DNA of 54,517 nt, counting the filler, from Jimgerdemannia flammicorona (lineage: Eukaryota): NCBI GenBank assembly GCA_003990765.1. It is 3 parts of 3 records of this genome, joined end to end, with 100 filler letters (N's around TTAATTAATTAA, not from the genome) between each part and the next. Parts side by side here need not be neighbours in the genome. Positions count along the whole stretch, not along the records: positions 36,414 to 54,517 come from RBNJ01002304.1; 2 more parts are not named here. The stretch is one strand, 5' to 3'. The stretch's first letter is position 1. Each line of letters begins with the position of its first letter. Positions 38,656-51,599 of this stretch are shown here, piece by piece. The notes beneath the pieces are model-generated. The model was not told the origin of the DNA, searched no databases, and saw only the letters and a list, made by a program, of their open reading frames with translations. Position numbers and translations under genes: made by a program.

Positions 38656-41600
38656 TTAGAATTCCGTGACCATGATGCCCTTGGTGTCGCAGCCGTATAT
38701 CTACAGGGGAAGGATATATCTCGGTCAATGCAAGGAGTTGATATTCGCAATCCTTAGCGCCAACTGTTCATGACTTACCGAGATGTAAGAATCGCCTGCC
38801 CCTGCTGCAATAAGCATTGCGTGCGGATGGAACGCGAGCGAATGAATCTTGCCTACCCTCTGACTAAGAAAACCTGTTGACGGACGAAGTGTTGAAAGGC
38901 TGGTTCCTGACACGTTCCATATTTTAATGAACTGATTCTCGCTTCCACTGTATTGTTATCACCAAAGCCCGGTTCAGGTTAGGATGTTAGTAAAGAACAT
39001 ACATTATGCCATTATTTGCTACATTAACCATATATCCATCAGTTCACACACCTTGCAATAACAGGTGCATGATCATGCACTGCCAGGGTTGTCATCTCCG
39101 AGCCTCCGTGAGCTTCAACTGTTTGTAGGGAGTGTGACATCCTAATATCCCAGGACTTGATTTCGCCTTCCCCACTGTTACGGGTTTGGCATTGAAATAT
39201 GAAAGAATTAACGAGTAGAGAGTATAAATAAGCGTGATTAAATCATAAACCGAGATCGACAGTTGATTAAATTCAAGGTTAGAAAATAAGCAACCGCACC
39301 TTCCAGATATTAGCTCTCTATTGCCACCGCGCTGCATGTGAACATTGACTACCCATGCCCTATGCTCTTTATATTGCATCACCATTCTAATCAAGAAAGA
39401 GAATCGAAAGTTCGTGATGAGAGGTTCCACTGTGTGCATGGTGAAGGACGAGGTGTGCGAATTTTGGGGACAAAGCATGAAATGAGGACCTACGCTTCTC
39501 GAACTGCCTTCCTTCTATCATATACGCGGACAGCGCCGTCCCCAAATCCTGCCACAAATATATTGCCTGCAACCTGGTCACTGGTGATGCTTGTCACGCA
39601 ACTGCCAGATCGTGTCAGTACGTCCTAAAGCATGGACAAAAACGCCATTTTTTTTTTTTTTTTTTTTTTTTGTGGATGTGTTAATAGCCGACAATTACCA
39701 CCAAGTAGGCATGGATATCATAATAATGTGTTTAAACAATTCAGCATACCGCATAACAAGTCTCTTTCGCCGCGTCCCATACTCTGATTACTCGCACATC
39801 TCCACCGATCAACAATGTGCCTCGGCCTTGCTGCCAGTCGCACACAAGACCACTACGCCGAATGCTTGGCACTAAGTCCGTCAGTGCACGCCATGCTGTT
39901 ACCAAATCAGCACCTTCGGGATTATCATAGTTTCTGTATAATCGCACAGCGCCATCATCTAAACAACCCAAAGATCCGTACGCGATACAATGTCAGAACC
40001 CGACATATACTGAGCCTCGAAAATTACACAATTCCATATAATACTTGCCTGATCCCGTCAACAGCATAGCCACATCCTCCTCATTAACAAATTTCAGTGA
40101 CGTGATTCGACTACGTGGCGGATTCCCGTTTCCAAAAAAGTTCAATCGTGTACCTTCTTGCCAATTCCATACACTATAAATGTCGATAGTATTGCAAAAC
40201 AATAATTAGAGCGGTAATATGTCGAAAACAGTTCCGATCCACTTATTTTGAGGATAACGGAAAATCAAGGAGAAAACGCGTGCCGGAGATCTGCAAGCCA
40301 GTGCGTGAAACCCTCTAGCCTCTTTCCCCCCTCTACCTACGTAATTGACCGTTCATCATCCGCCGTCACCAGATGTGGCTCAAATTGATGAAAAAGTAAG
40401 TGCGTTGTGTCCGTGCCACCATGTAACATCATGATTTGCTCATCCCATCGGCTCTTGCCTGTATTAACCGATGTAGTTGTCAGTAGAATCCTTATGTGAT
40501 CGGAAACCGTCTTTACAAACATCATTAGCACGGACTCAAATGATCCATACGCATTTATAATGGATAAATACTATATGCCAGTGATCTTAATCATGACTCA
40601 CCAGCATACTCTCTCAAAGCCTGTGTATCGTATACTATTTTTTCATTTCGAATCCTTCGCCAAAGTCGCTCATTATAATTCACGCTACCAGGTTCTTCGG
40701 ATTCGGCAGGCTGCAATTTTTCAAATAAAGGCATCATGTAAGAGTGCCGATAAAAGAATTCAGAGATTGTCATTCCTAATAAACGGTCATCTTGGTACCA
40801 GTAACCCTTTCCGACACAAGAACTTACCCGCATCTGCGGCTCCGTGAAAAACTCGCAGCTCCAATCATAGAAGCCAGATTTTAGTGGTAATATACCTTCC
40901 TCCTCTTTGTTTGCTCCGTTTTGCTGAAAATCTTCATCTTTAAGGGCCAGCGGAATAGCATCCGTCAATGATGCGGAAGAGTTATTATTGGCAGTTGTTC
41001 GAGGCTGGTTCAGTCCGGGTACAGTTACAGTTGTTGGCGCAGGCGGAAGACTGGCTGGAACACGGTCAGCTCCTGAAGACTGGTATCCCGTCATGTTGCC
41101 GTTGTTCATGACGGAACCCACTGTGCTGTTTATTTCTGTCGTACTGTTAGATCCGCTGCTGAGATTATACAAGGTCCGCAAAGTGCGAGTGAAAGTCGCA
41201 GACCGAGTTAATTTCGCAGTCTTCTTTGCCTCTGCAGTGGCACGATCTTCAGAACCGTGGAATGAGGGCGATCGATCCAATGCAGATGGATGTGAATTAA
41301 GTCTTCCACTTGAAGCTTGGCCAGTTGGTTGCGGGAGGTGTAGAACGGAGGATACTGCATCTCCCATGTGCGGAGAATTAATGAGGGAATTATTGACGTG
41401 ATCCACGACCACTCTGGCTAGGTTCGCAACCTCACTGTGCGGATCCACGGAAAGGTTAAGTAGCGCCTTCCAGATACAACTGTAGACAGTGGCGTTGGAG
41501 TTGGAACGGAAGATACCATCGGAAACATTCGGGCGGCGATCTGAAGATCGACCACGACTCAACTTACGCTCATCCCACGTTGTGACTGACCGTTGGCGAT

Positions 41601-44083
41601 CCTCCTCCAAAAGTTCGTAAGCCGCATAAACGAATTTGTGAAAAATTGATTGATGCACAATGTGGGAAAGGGCGATAATCAGCTCTTTTCTCACTATCGG
41701 TGATCCATCCGAGGTGGCGACAAGTGCTGAGATACCAATGTTATGCTCGATAGTGATAACCTGCTCTGTACGGTCAAGATCACCAATGAATGTTCCTAGC
41801 GCATAAAGAGCAGCTGCGCGCACCTCGGGGAGCGCGTCATTCAGGAGTGTACACAGCTTCTCGTGAGCGTTCTCGTTGATAGCGCTGGTCTTCGCCTCTG
41901 CATAGTCTGTCCATAGTTGCGCAAGACAGACGCAGACCCATTGTCTCAATAGCGGGTCAGTGTCGTTCACGTGGGCAAGGCATGCGTTGAGGACACTATT
42001 TCGGAAACAGGCCTGCTGTCCAGCGGGGAAATTGGTGCAGAAAACAGAGAGGATAAATGCGCACATAGCACGGTGCTCCGAAACATGAGGGATCGAAAGC
42101 ATAGCGTTGTTGGGCGCAAGAATGTTAATGAAATATGTGTAACCGTTGTCTTTGAGCAAATCAGCCTGACATGACTTGTCAACTGCCAGGATCCTTGCCC
42201 AGATGAATACCAGTACAGGTTTCAACTCAGCAGCGGGGCTCTGCAACAGCTTTAGAACATAAGGAAAGATGCCAACTGACAATGCGGCATTCACTGCCCA
42301 CGGCCCCAGATCCAGAAATTTGCTTAAGAGGATTAGTGCTCTTAGGCGATGCACCTGGCTCAGCAGAACTTGAAGAACAATAGGGAGTTGTTCGGGAACC
42401 TTTCGTGAAACGGAACCTTGCGCCAACCAAACTTCAAAGGCTGTGAGTTGCTCCGAGAAGAACGTACTTGCTTGATATTGATACGATGAGCTGCCCTCTT
42501 CGTTCGCCAATAACGCGGGTAGCTGGGCGAGGCATACATCGACGGCGAGATCCCACGCAGCCCACATTGGATGATTATGTGTCGGCGCAAGTTTAGGCAT
42601 TGACATGGGCGTACACTGGTGGGAACGTAATATGCGTTCGGCGAGAAGAAAGTTTCGAAACATTGACGCGACCATCAAGTCCTGCCTGAAAAGACGCTTG
42701 AATAGCTCGGGCTGGCCCTGCAGTACATTCCATGCAATTGTGTCTGTCACAGCGGTAAAGATCCAGTTAAGCTCGCCGAGGGGAGTGCGTCTATCCTGCG
42801 CCCTTCCCGGCAGCTTGAGCACCATCTCTAGCGTAAGGTTGGTCGTTAACAGGGGGTTCTGCATTACGAACCATCTCAGCGACATCTCGATTGGTGTCGT
42901 CAGACAAGATGTGAAAACGTCCGCCGGTAAGTCTGGATTCATGGGCAAAATCTCGTTGGGTCCGCATGCCGCTAGTTGTATACAGTCTTTCATAGGAGTT
43001 GCAGGGATTGCACCAGGATGTTGCTGCTGAGACGCAGCAAGGCGTGTAGCTTCATGATCGCGCTGGTCAGCGAAACGGTTGAACGATTGTATGATATTGC
43101 CCGCGGCAGAGCAGTCCCAGACATAGATAACAGGTGAACCAAGTAAGCCCTGAACATCAAAAAGTGAAACCGGAATATACTGCGTGTAATTCTTGTTGAA
43201 CACCCATATCTCGCCAGACGCAGTCGGCTTCGGTACACCATGTCCATTGTAATGAAAGAGAATCCGTTCATCTTTGGCTGCACGCCGCAGCTGACAACAG
43301 TGCTTTTTGGTTTCCTCAACTGAGGGGTCAAGCGATTGTTTGAAACGAGTACGAATATTAATGTTCTCATACTGTGTTTGTAAATTCTTTCCTATCGCCT
43401 CAAGTGCCTTGATCGATGGAAGAGTGAACGGGTCGATCCAGCACTCAAGCTTGGCACAGGGGATCGTTTTGACGGTATCCGGCGGGTCAACTCCGATGTT
43501 CAAACACACCACCAGGAGGCCACTAACTGTTTTGATGCGCTCCCTGAGTCTGTTCCAAAAATAAAGTGGAAGGCAAAACCAAGTTGGCCGCCGTTGTACA
43601 TTCGATGTTTGGTATTCTCCCACTCTTGCTAAATGCAATTGCCTGAATTCTGGCCTTCCTCTCTGACTTTCAAAGATATAGTCTTTGGAAACGTTAAAGG
43701 CCAAACACTTACCTCCAGTCCTGTAATGCGTAAGCCAAGCACGGGTCGGAAGGTTTAGCTACAGACTCGTGCCGTTTGTCGGTATAAAACATGTATCTAA
43801 CGGTCTCCAACATGTTGATGTACTCGTCAAAATACTCTTCTTCGAATCCGTGTCGAATCAGTGAAGATTCTACGTTGAGGGCGACGTGGCCCACCTTCCC
43901 GCGAGGCGTAGACGGTTCTTCGTCTTCATCCTCGTGGTGGTAGCCGTTTGAAGTTGGTGGTTCAAAAAGCTTGCCATTCACGAGGGTACTGCTCGTACTG
44001 CGGGCGTCTTCATCCATGGGTGGGACGGGTGGGGTTACAGTAGCGTCGTAAGGTGTTGTATTATGGTTTATTGTGGACGGCAT
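38656..44083 (-). CDS. KOG1: Raptor, TORC1 subunit (RNC domain, HEAT/ARM repeats, WD40), multi-exon
   Basis: DWRLRERIKTVS..CLNIGVDPPD, ERILFHYNGHGVPKPT, LFRQDL and LLSQVHRLRAL motifs, followed by WD40 exons ending ...IMVTEF* at 38656. Confidence 0.97.
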
Positions 44084-44185
44084 GGTTCGATAGTGTGCAA
44101 AGGAGAATTTGGGCTGGGTTTGAACCACTGGCAAATTAATGATGATCGCAGTGACGCAGCCAGGCCCGTGCTTAATCGGCCATTA

Positions 44186-45720
44186 CTACATCATTCTTCT
44201 CAGGTCATCCTCCACAACCTCAATACTTGCTAACACATCCATATACCCCCGCACAACATTCTCAAACTCGTCCCCCACCTTCTGGAACGTGCGTAGTTGC
44301 CCTTCCACAACCTGCAATCGACGCTGTACATCACCCTCACGGCTTTCGAGTACCGCCCTGGGAAGTTATGCGTAGATAGTGAGCGAGACGAAGACCATCT
44401 TTCGATGTACATGCATACTTATGTCGATGGTTCCAAGGTTACCTGGTCAGCTCCAGTGCACGTGCGGTATTCGCGTCATATACATTCATCAGGACAGTGA
44501 TTCTGAAAATCCTACGCGGCAACAAAATGAGATAAGCGTAAGGTGGATTCAGATGCATTTGTACGAACTGCAAATGTTGTGGATATTCGCCATATTGACC
44601 TACTTCATTTTCAATGCCACTGAGTCGACGATCGATGCGAAATAATTATTGAAAGCTCTGTGTTTCTCAATTTCCTGCGTACTTATCCACTCATCAAGCA
44701 GTTCCCACAAGGAAGACAACACTTTATCAAGAATCTAAGTGTAGGGAGGAATGCAGGCCAAATGGATATTCGATACGATCGCGAGTTTAGGGTGGGGCCT
44801 AATCAACTAGGGATGTGGAACATAGGCCCACCGATTGATCCGTTCAAACATACCTGTAGATAAGCTGCCAATCGCACCACCAGCACCATCTTGGAGGCCA
44901 TGTTGTTTTTAGCCATTAGTTTGAGATTCGCTCGCTTCCAGTGTAACACCGGATCCAATTGAGTAGCTTTGGCAAACATCAGATTTACAGAAGCAACCTC
45001 TAACATCACACGAAATAGACCTCGTAAATATAATCCTAAAGGCCATCATTCAAGCGCGCAAGATGCAAATGTGCACCATCACGCACCTTTATCGGAGCTT
45101 GCATAGTAGAACTTCGATATCGCCTCACATCTTAAACGGAGATTTTCTTCGAGATCGTCGATAATGACATCCTTGAGGCGCTATCACAAGAGTTATAGTG
45201 CATACGTCGATGAGTGTCGATGTGGTATCACGGAGATCGAGAGGAATATCATTTCGTACCCAAATCAATTCCAAATCTGCTTCAACAACAGAAGCCAATT
45301 CCTGGTCGGAGAGTCCAAGTAGGCATGTCGGTGCTGCTACATCTAAACGCAGTACTTGCTTGCCGTGAATCATGCGCATAGCGCTGTCGAAATGCTGGAG
45401 ATAGTCAGTGCGAAGGACCGAGATGAAAATGACAAATGGGAAGAAGACAAGTAAATGTACCAGCTTCACCGACGATTCACTGAAATTGATGGTTAGCACT
45501 TCAGATATGGCGAGAGCAGAAAGAAAGGATGTTTTTTCGGTCGTTTTGTTGATGAGCTGCTATATATGTGGAGAAGGCATATGAGGGTGTGGTGTGCGCT
45601 TTCGTTATCGGATTCAAAGTGGACATGCGTTGTACATGCATTTTCAATGTAGGATTGAAGCTGGCTTGAACATTTTATGTCAAGATCGGCGAAAAGGGCG
45701 TCGAAGTTTGGAGATGCCAT
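44186..45720 (-). CDS. HAUS4: Augmin/HAUS complex subunit 4 homolog, 7 exons
   Basis: The manual splice gives LLGLSDQEL...LEENLRLRCEAISKFY...LMFAKATQL...AAYLQIL...VALKMKIFRITVLMNVYD...TFQKVGDEFENVVRGY...DDLRRMM*. This is colinear with human HAUS4 motifs recalled from memory (LLGL, EEQLKKKC, AAKVWKL, LKL...DTY, LGEEFDRLVKEY). Confidence 0.78.
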
Positions 45721-45868
45721 GTTGGAGAGTTGTACGATGTGGACACGCGTCGTCGTCGTGAATTTCCTTGTCGTGTTACGTCATCGCAGAAACAGTCCGC
45801 CTGCTGCTCTTCCCGCTTGCGCCTCTTCTCTAACGTTCATTATCTAAAACAGCAATACCTTGCCCAAC

Positions 45869-48567
45869 ATGAGCGACGACGATTTCATGATGGAGGATGA
45901 CGATCAAGATTATGATTTCGACTATGAAGATGACGAACAGGAGGAACCCGACGTTGACCTCGAGAATAAATACTACAACGCCAAAGGTAACTTTGTTTCT
46001 TGTACTGGCGCCACTGCCTTGAGAGTTAAGACTGTAATCAGGCGTAGGGCGGTTCACTAGAATAGCTAAAAACCCCTACCGCAGCCATCACCATAGTATC
46101 CTGCTGAGATCTTTTGATCGGAATCGTTCCGCAGTAATAAGGGAATGGGCGCGCGCGCGCGCGCGCGCGCGCACCGTTGACGAAATTTACCTTTGCATCG
46201 CCGATTTTAACCTATCTGACAGCCCGCAAGGAAGACGATCCGGAAGGTGCCATAAGAGAATTTCAAAGTGTTGTTGAATCTGAAGAAGAGAAAGGTGACT
46301 GGTGAGTATTGTTTTAATCACCAAGTAGTGAGCATATACAGCACACTTTTTGGGAGAGGAATATTTTGTGTCTTTTCGTTGTCAGAGGTTCAATAATGGA
46401 ATTCCTTGCGCTCTTCTACGTGAATAGGGGTTTCAGGGCGTTGAAGCAAATGGTGAAGCTTTCTTTCAAGTCCGGTGATTACAACGCCGTATGTTTTTCT
46501 TCTTATCTTGCATTCATTCCACCACTATTTCACCACATCGTATGCAAAAGGAGATGCCGGATTTGAGCGTAATACCGACAACATCGCAAACGGGATCGAT
46601 AAAATTTTGACGTTCTTTCGTCAACATCCAGACTCTTACCTATTATGAACAGCTGTTGACGTACACTAAATCGGCGGTGACACGTAATCACAGCGAGAAG
46701 AGCATCAATAATATCCTGGATTACATTTCCTCCTCGGATGACATGGTTTTCATGGAGAAGTTCTACCAGACCACACTTGATGCACTGGTCGACGCCAAAA
46801 ACGATGTGAGTTGTGGGTCATTTGTGTTGAGGCCTTGTTTTTGGCCAAATAATGTCCACGACATTTAATGGCTAAATGTTCTCTCTTCAGCGATTGTGGG
46901 TCAAAACCAACCTGAAATTGGCAAAATTATGGCTGGACCGTAAGGAATATGCACGGCTGAACAAGGTTAGCACACTCCATTGGTCTTGCCCTGCCTGAAT
47001 GAACGTGTGATGTTGCGGATACGCAAACAATGAGGGCATTTTGAACATGATATTTGGTTACATTTAACTTATTCTGATATTTGTTTTGGACGTGAATGTG
47101 TATCTAGATTCTACGGCAACTCCACGCCTCTTGCCAGAAAGACGATGGCACAGACGATCAGCGAAAGGGCACGCACTTACTTGAAATATTTGCTCTCGAG
47201 ATTCAGATGTATACCGAGACGAAAAACAACAAAAAGCTCAAGGTAAATGACCATTCACTCTGCACGAAAATTTCCATTCAAACGTGTTTCATGCTCATTT
47301 CTTTGTATCGGCATCAATACAGGCCCTGTACTTTCAATGCCTACACGTCAAATCCGCTATACCGCATCCTCGTATCATGGGCGTCATTCGTGAATGCGGT
47401 GGAAAAATGCACATGGGCGAAGGTCAGTGTTTTACCCTTTTCCCGGTTTTGAGCATGTCGATCCACGACCGTTTATCTTACTTTTTCTGTGATCCCTTGC
47501 CTCAAAATTATCAGAGGAGTGGGACAAAGCACAGACAGACTTCTTTGAGTCTTTTAAGAATTATGATGAAGCTGGGAGTCCGCAGCGCATTCAGGTTTTG
47601 AAGTGAGTTAATTTCTTTACGGGGAATTATAAATGCATATCATTACGGTCCAGCTTTATATCTTAATCAATGAATTGCCATCGCAGGTATCTGGTTCTGG
47701 CTAACATGCTGACAGAATCGCAGATCAATCCGTTTGATTCACAAGAAACTAAGCCGTATGTTTACATGACAGTTGCCTCGTTCGTGTGCCGACGACATTG
47801 GAACTAGAACCTCATCGCCACTTCGATCCCTGGTTTTGTGCTCGTCTGTTATAGCTATAAAAATGACCCACAAATCGTCGCGATGACAAACTTGGTTAGC
47901 GCCTACCAACGTCAAGAAATTCGCGAATTTGAGAAAATTTTAAGGGGTGAGCTTATTTAATTATTCTATCCAGTGCCTTTGTATAATATATGCCATTCTA
48001 ATCTTCTCATAATTGCCATGGTTTTTCTTTATTCGTGTTCTAGAAAATCACCAAACGATCATGGATGATCCATTCATACGCAATTACATCGATGAAGTGC
48101 TCAAAAACATTCGCACTCAAGTTCTAATTCGGCTCATTCAGCCCTACACGCGGATAGAGATACCTTTTGTATCGAAGGTAATCGAACGTCATTGCTCCCG
48201 TTGTTCGTGCGAACCTTATATGGCGTTTTAAACAATCTTATGGCCAATTATTCTATAGCAACTTGGTGTTCCCGCACAGGATGTCGAGGATTTGCTAGTG
48301 GGCCTCATTTTAGACAACAAAGTCTCCGGAAAAATAGACCAGGTCAATCAGCGGCTTGAACTTTACAGGCAGTATGTTGAAGATCTTTTATACTGGCGTA
48401 CTTCTGGGCTATTCAACTGGACTGGTGCACAATATGCTAGTTCTCTGAAATGTCTAACAATCCCCCATTTTGGTAGGTCCACTGATACCCTTCGCTACAC
48501 CGCAATGGATAAGTGGTCTACGAACGTATCAAATCTCTACAAAACAGTTATTAGCAAGGCGGTGTGA
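45869..48567 (+). CDS. CSN2: COP9 signalosome subunit 2 (PCI domain), multi-exon
   Basis: MSDDDFMM...[58 protein letters not shown] and IRTQVL motifs. Confidence 0.97.
46149..46172. repeat. (GC)12 dinucleotide tract in CSN2 intron 1
   Basis: Perfect alternating GC run seen directly. Confidence 0.95.
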
Positions 48568-49096
48568 TTGGCTTCATTATCAGAATCCGCCTACCAGCGT
48601 CGAGATTACTGAATAAATTGTACTTTGACCAACTGCGCATTGTTCTTCATCGTCGATGGAAAATCTCCGGTATCGCACTCAATATACAGTGAAGCTTTGC
48701 GTCAGAATAATCCGAGTTGTAAAGAAATCATTTTTCTTCTAAATAGCTTGACCCATCTTGTTGAGCGGCTTATGGATGTAGTACGGTTTCGTTTCGCCCG
48801 ATGATAGTTTCAAACTTGACATTCGAAAAGAAAAAAGGAAGCCTGCATTCGTTGACCCATAATGCCAAACAACGCATTCGTGGGATCGATTACGGAAAAC
48901 AGAAGGGAACAATGTCAAGCAGTGTTCTCTTGAACATCTGTATGGCCCCCCCCCCCAAAAAAAAAAAAAAAAAATCTATGTCGCTATCGTACACATTGCA
49001 TTGATAAGCAGGATATGTAAAAGGCTATGTACATGTGCCATTGCAAAAGATAAAGAGAGGGAGAAAGGGAGGAGATATTTCATGTACTCCTCGCCA

Positions 49097-49971
49097 TCAC
49101 ATGTTTTTCCCCTGTTGAGATCTGAGTGTTGACGGTGCAACGCCGAATTCTCCTGGAGTTGATACGCCCAGCTCGTAACAAATAGCCTTGATGAGCGCAT
49201 AATGATGGGTCTAAGAAGCGAAGAGACCCGAGGCAAACGTGAGTTCGACATCTCGTTAATTGTTATCATTAATAAAAATACAGATGTCGTACCGCATGCG
49301 AGCAACAAAACCACAATTCCCGTCCAAAAGATGTTGCAAACGATGACTGGTGTTCCGAATGCGGATCCATAGTAGCTTGTAATTGAATCGACATTAAAGG
49401 TGTGGCAGCGTTACTGACTTCGATGTCATTCAAGATAGATTGAATACTTTTCATAGCAACTATAGCCATTGCCACATTCCGCTCCAGTGGGACCTGGTTG
49501 AGATGAACATAAAAACATAAAAACGCCAGAAAACTGAGATTTGGAGTGGTGTAATGGCAGAACGCAAAAAGAAAGCTGAGGCGATCGAGTAGCTGCATCT
49601 TGGTGCCCGACATAGCATATACAAGCAACTTACATCGCGTTCACGTTTGTCATAATTCACCTGAACAATGGCATCTGAAAGCGATGCCGATTGTACGGCT
49701 GACAACAAGATTCGGAAATGGTCGTACAAATGTCTAGAGATATTGATGGGCGACAAACTCATTACTTTTTCCTACAAGCCAAGAATTTCACATTCGTTGC
49801 CTGTCGGTCAGTTAAGACGAACCTGACATGTTTTCCTATTGTGCTCTTGGGGACTACTGCAGATTCTCTCACGTATAAGTGCTCGGGTAATACTTCCAGC
49901 AACATGACGCACTGCTGGAGGGTGTTGCATGCAATGGCATAAATGTCGTTGGACATTGCGGTGGAAACCAT
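49097..49971 (-). CDS. DinB/YfiT-like four-helix putative metalloprotein, 4 exons
   Basis: The spliced product reads STIGKHVRHLYDHF...NYDKRERD...SFGRELWFCCSHATHHYALIKAI...FGVAPSTL. This gives the His-triad pattern of the DinB superfamily, with GT-AG introns. Confidence 0.85.
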
Positions 49972-50209
49972 TGCGATGCCGATAATCGCAAGTTTATAGA
50001 GTAAAATACACGTCACAACACATGGCATGAATTAACTTGATTATCATAAGATCAACTACATAGAGGCAGGGTCTATTAATATGAAATCAGACAAAGTGAA
50101 CATTTGACGTCACGATTTTTTTTTTTTTTAAGTATCATCGTTATCACCAAGATTTCACGTTGTCTCAACTAATTACATGCGAAGATGATTAGGAAATCGA
50201 AAACTTAAT

Positions 50210-51210
50210 TCGCGGTGCTAATATTAAGCGCTGGGTGCTTGACCTTCTTGGGTTTATGTGGCGTGTCCAAATTCTTGGAGACATCGCGTTCGATTTCCCT
50301 CAAGCGAAAAGCGCACTGATGACCTCCAGGTTCTCCAGCGCTTGATTTACCCACACCCGCATCAATGCACTACACATTAGATCATTGGCTTAAATATAAT
50401 TATTTTATGTCGGAATTAATCATCCTACCTTAATGGATAAGGAGAACACGTATCATATCTGACATCCATAACAGGTCCGCGGGATCTGGAAAGTCACGAC
50501 TTGCTCAAAACGATTGAGGTATATACATATGTGGAATATCCATTGCATAGATATAGGCTTTCCAGCCTGAAGATTTAAAGGAGTATCTGATCAGAAAGAG
50601 GTCCCAAAAAGAAATTCAAATAAACTTACCGAACACCTGAATTCCGAACACCTTCAATTTCTGGAAGATATCGCTGTTACCATGCTCAGCCCTCTTGGCC
50701 ACAAGGTTGAGCATATCCTTGAGGCCTTTTTGTATCTTGATTTTGTCATCACCGAAATGCTCCAGGTCATTCTCATAAGGTGCCCTGCTAACCTCGCACA
50801 CTAATAACTCCTGACCGAGGTGACTTTGTAAAAGAGGATTGTATCCGTCCGCTGCCCAGGCCTCCGGCGTGCGCTAGACTCGACCTCCTGATTACGCCGA
50901 ATTGAAGCCAATCTCACCCCTACTTTTCCTAGAAAAGATTCTTCAACATCGGAGAGACTGCCTGTATGATTTGCGTAGCCTCGCTCGGATTTTGGGTCCA
51001 AAGATCCGCACTATTGATTGGATAGCATTCATATTAAGTATGCCTGTGTCTGTAAGCATAATCAGAGGATGCCGAGTCCCCACTTACAAGTTTTGATAGA
51101 GCCTATGAATATATCGAAGCTCGTTTTGCAGAGGCGGAGTTGTCTGCAGGACACGTGCAGAGAGCCGATGAATTTCTTGATGGATATCCTCGAGAGCCTT
51201 ATTAGTGAGT
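50210..51210 (-). pseudogene. Frameshifted PD-(D/E)xK-fold (Crinkler-REase-like) multicopy-family pseudogene
   Basis: ASIRRN...GQRTD.IL / ELLVCEVS...HFGDDKIK..KGLKDML...VFGIQVF. There is a frameshift near 50810, and the 5' end is truncated by TE sequence. Confidence 0.55.
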
Positions 51211-51269
51211 TACGTTAACAGTTAGCAGTTAAAAAAAAAAATCGAAATATCTCTGACCTCACATAAATG

Positions 51270-51595
51270 GCCTGAGATGCTCTCACAGAGGTATAGGACT
51301 ACCAGACTAGTATATCAATCAGAAGTAAAGAGAAGTCTCCTACAACATTAGTGATCAAGTTATGCTTAAGACAGATCACCTACACTCTGACACCCTTGTA
51401 TAATAGCCTTCAAAGAAGCTTCAAGCTAAAAGAATTAGACCTTATCAAATCTTAGAGAAGATCAGTAAATTTAATTATAAGCTAGAACTTCCCCATAATA
51501 TCTATATCTATTCAGTATTCTATATTAGTCAATTGGTAAAATTTTATAAAAATCTATTCCCTAAATATATAGTCTCATTACTACCCCCAATTAGG
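51270..51595 (+). mobile_element. Decayed gypsy (chromovirus-type) integrase C-terminal fragment
   Basis: DQVMLK...SKKLQAKRI(R<-G)PYQILEKI..NYKLELP...SVFYISQL, a GPF/Y region. Confidence 0.8.
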
Positions 51596-51599
51596 ATTA

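Noticed and set aside
40988..43564. Plus-strand ORFs overlapping Raptor, and similar antisense ORFs over the other genes
   Set aside because: These are shadow frames of GC-rich coding sequence with no recognisable motifs.
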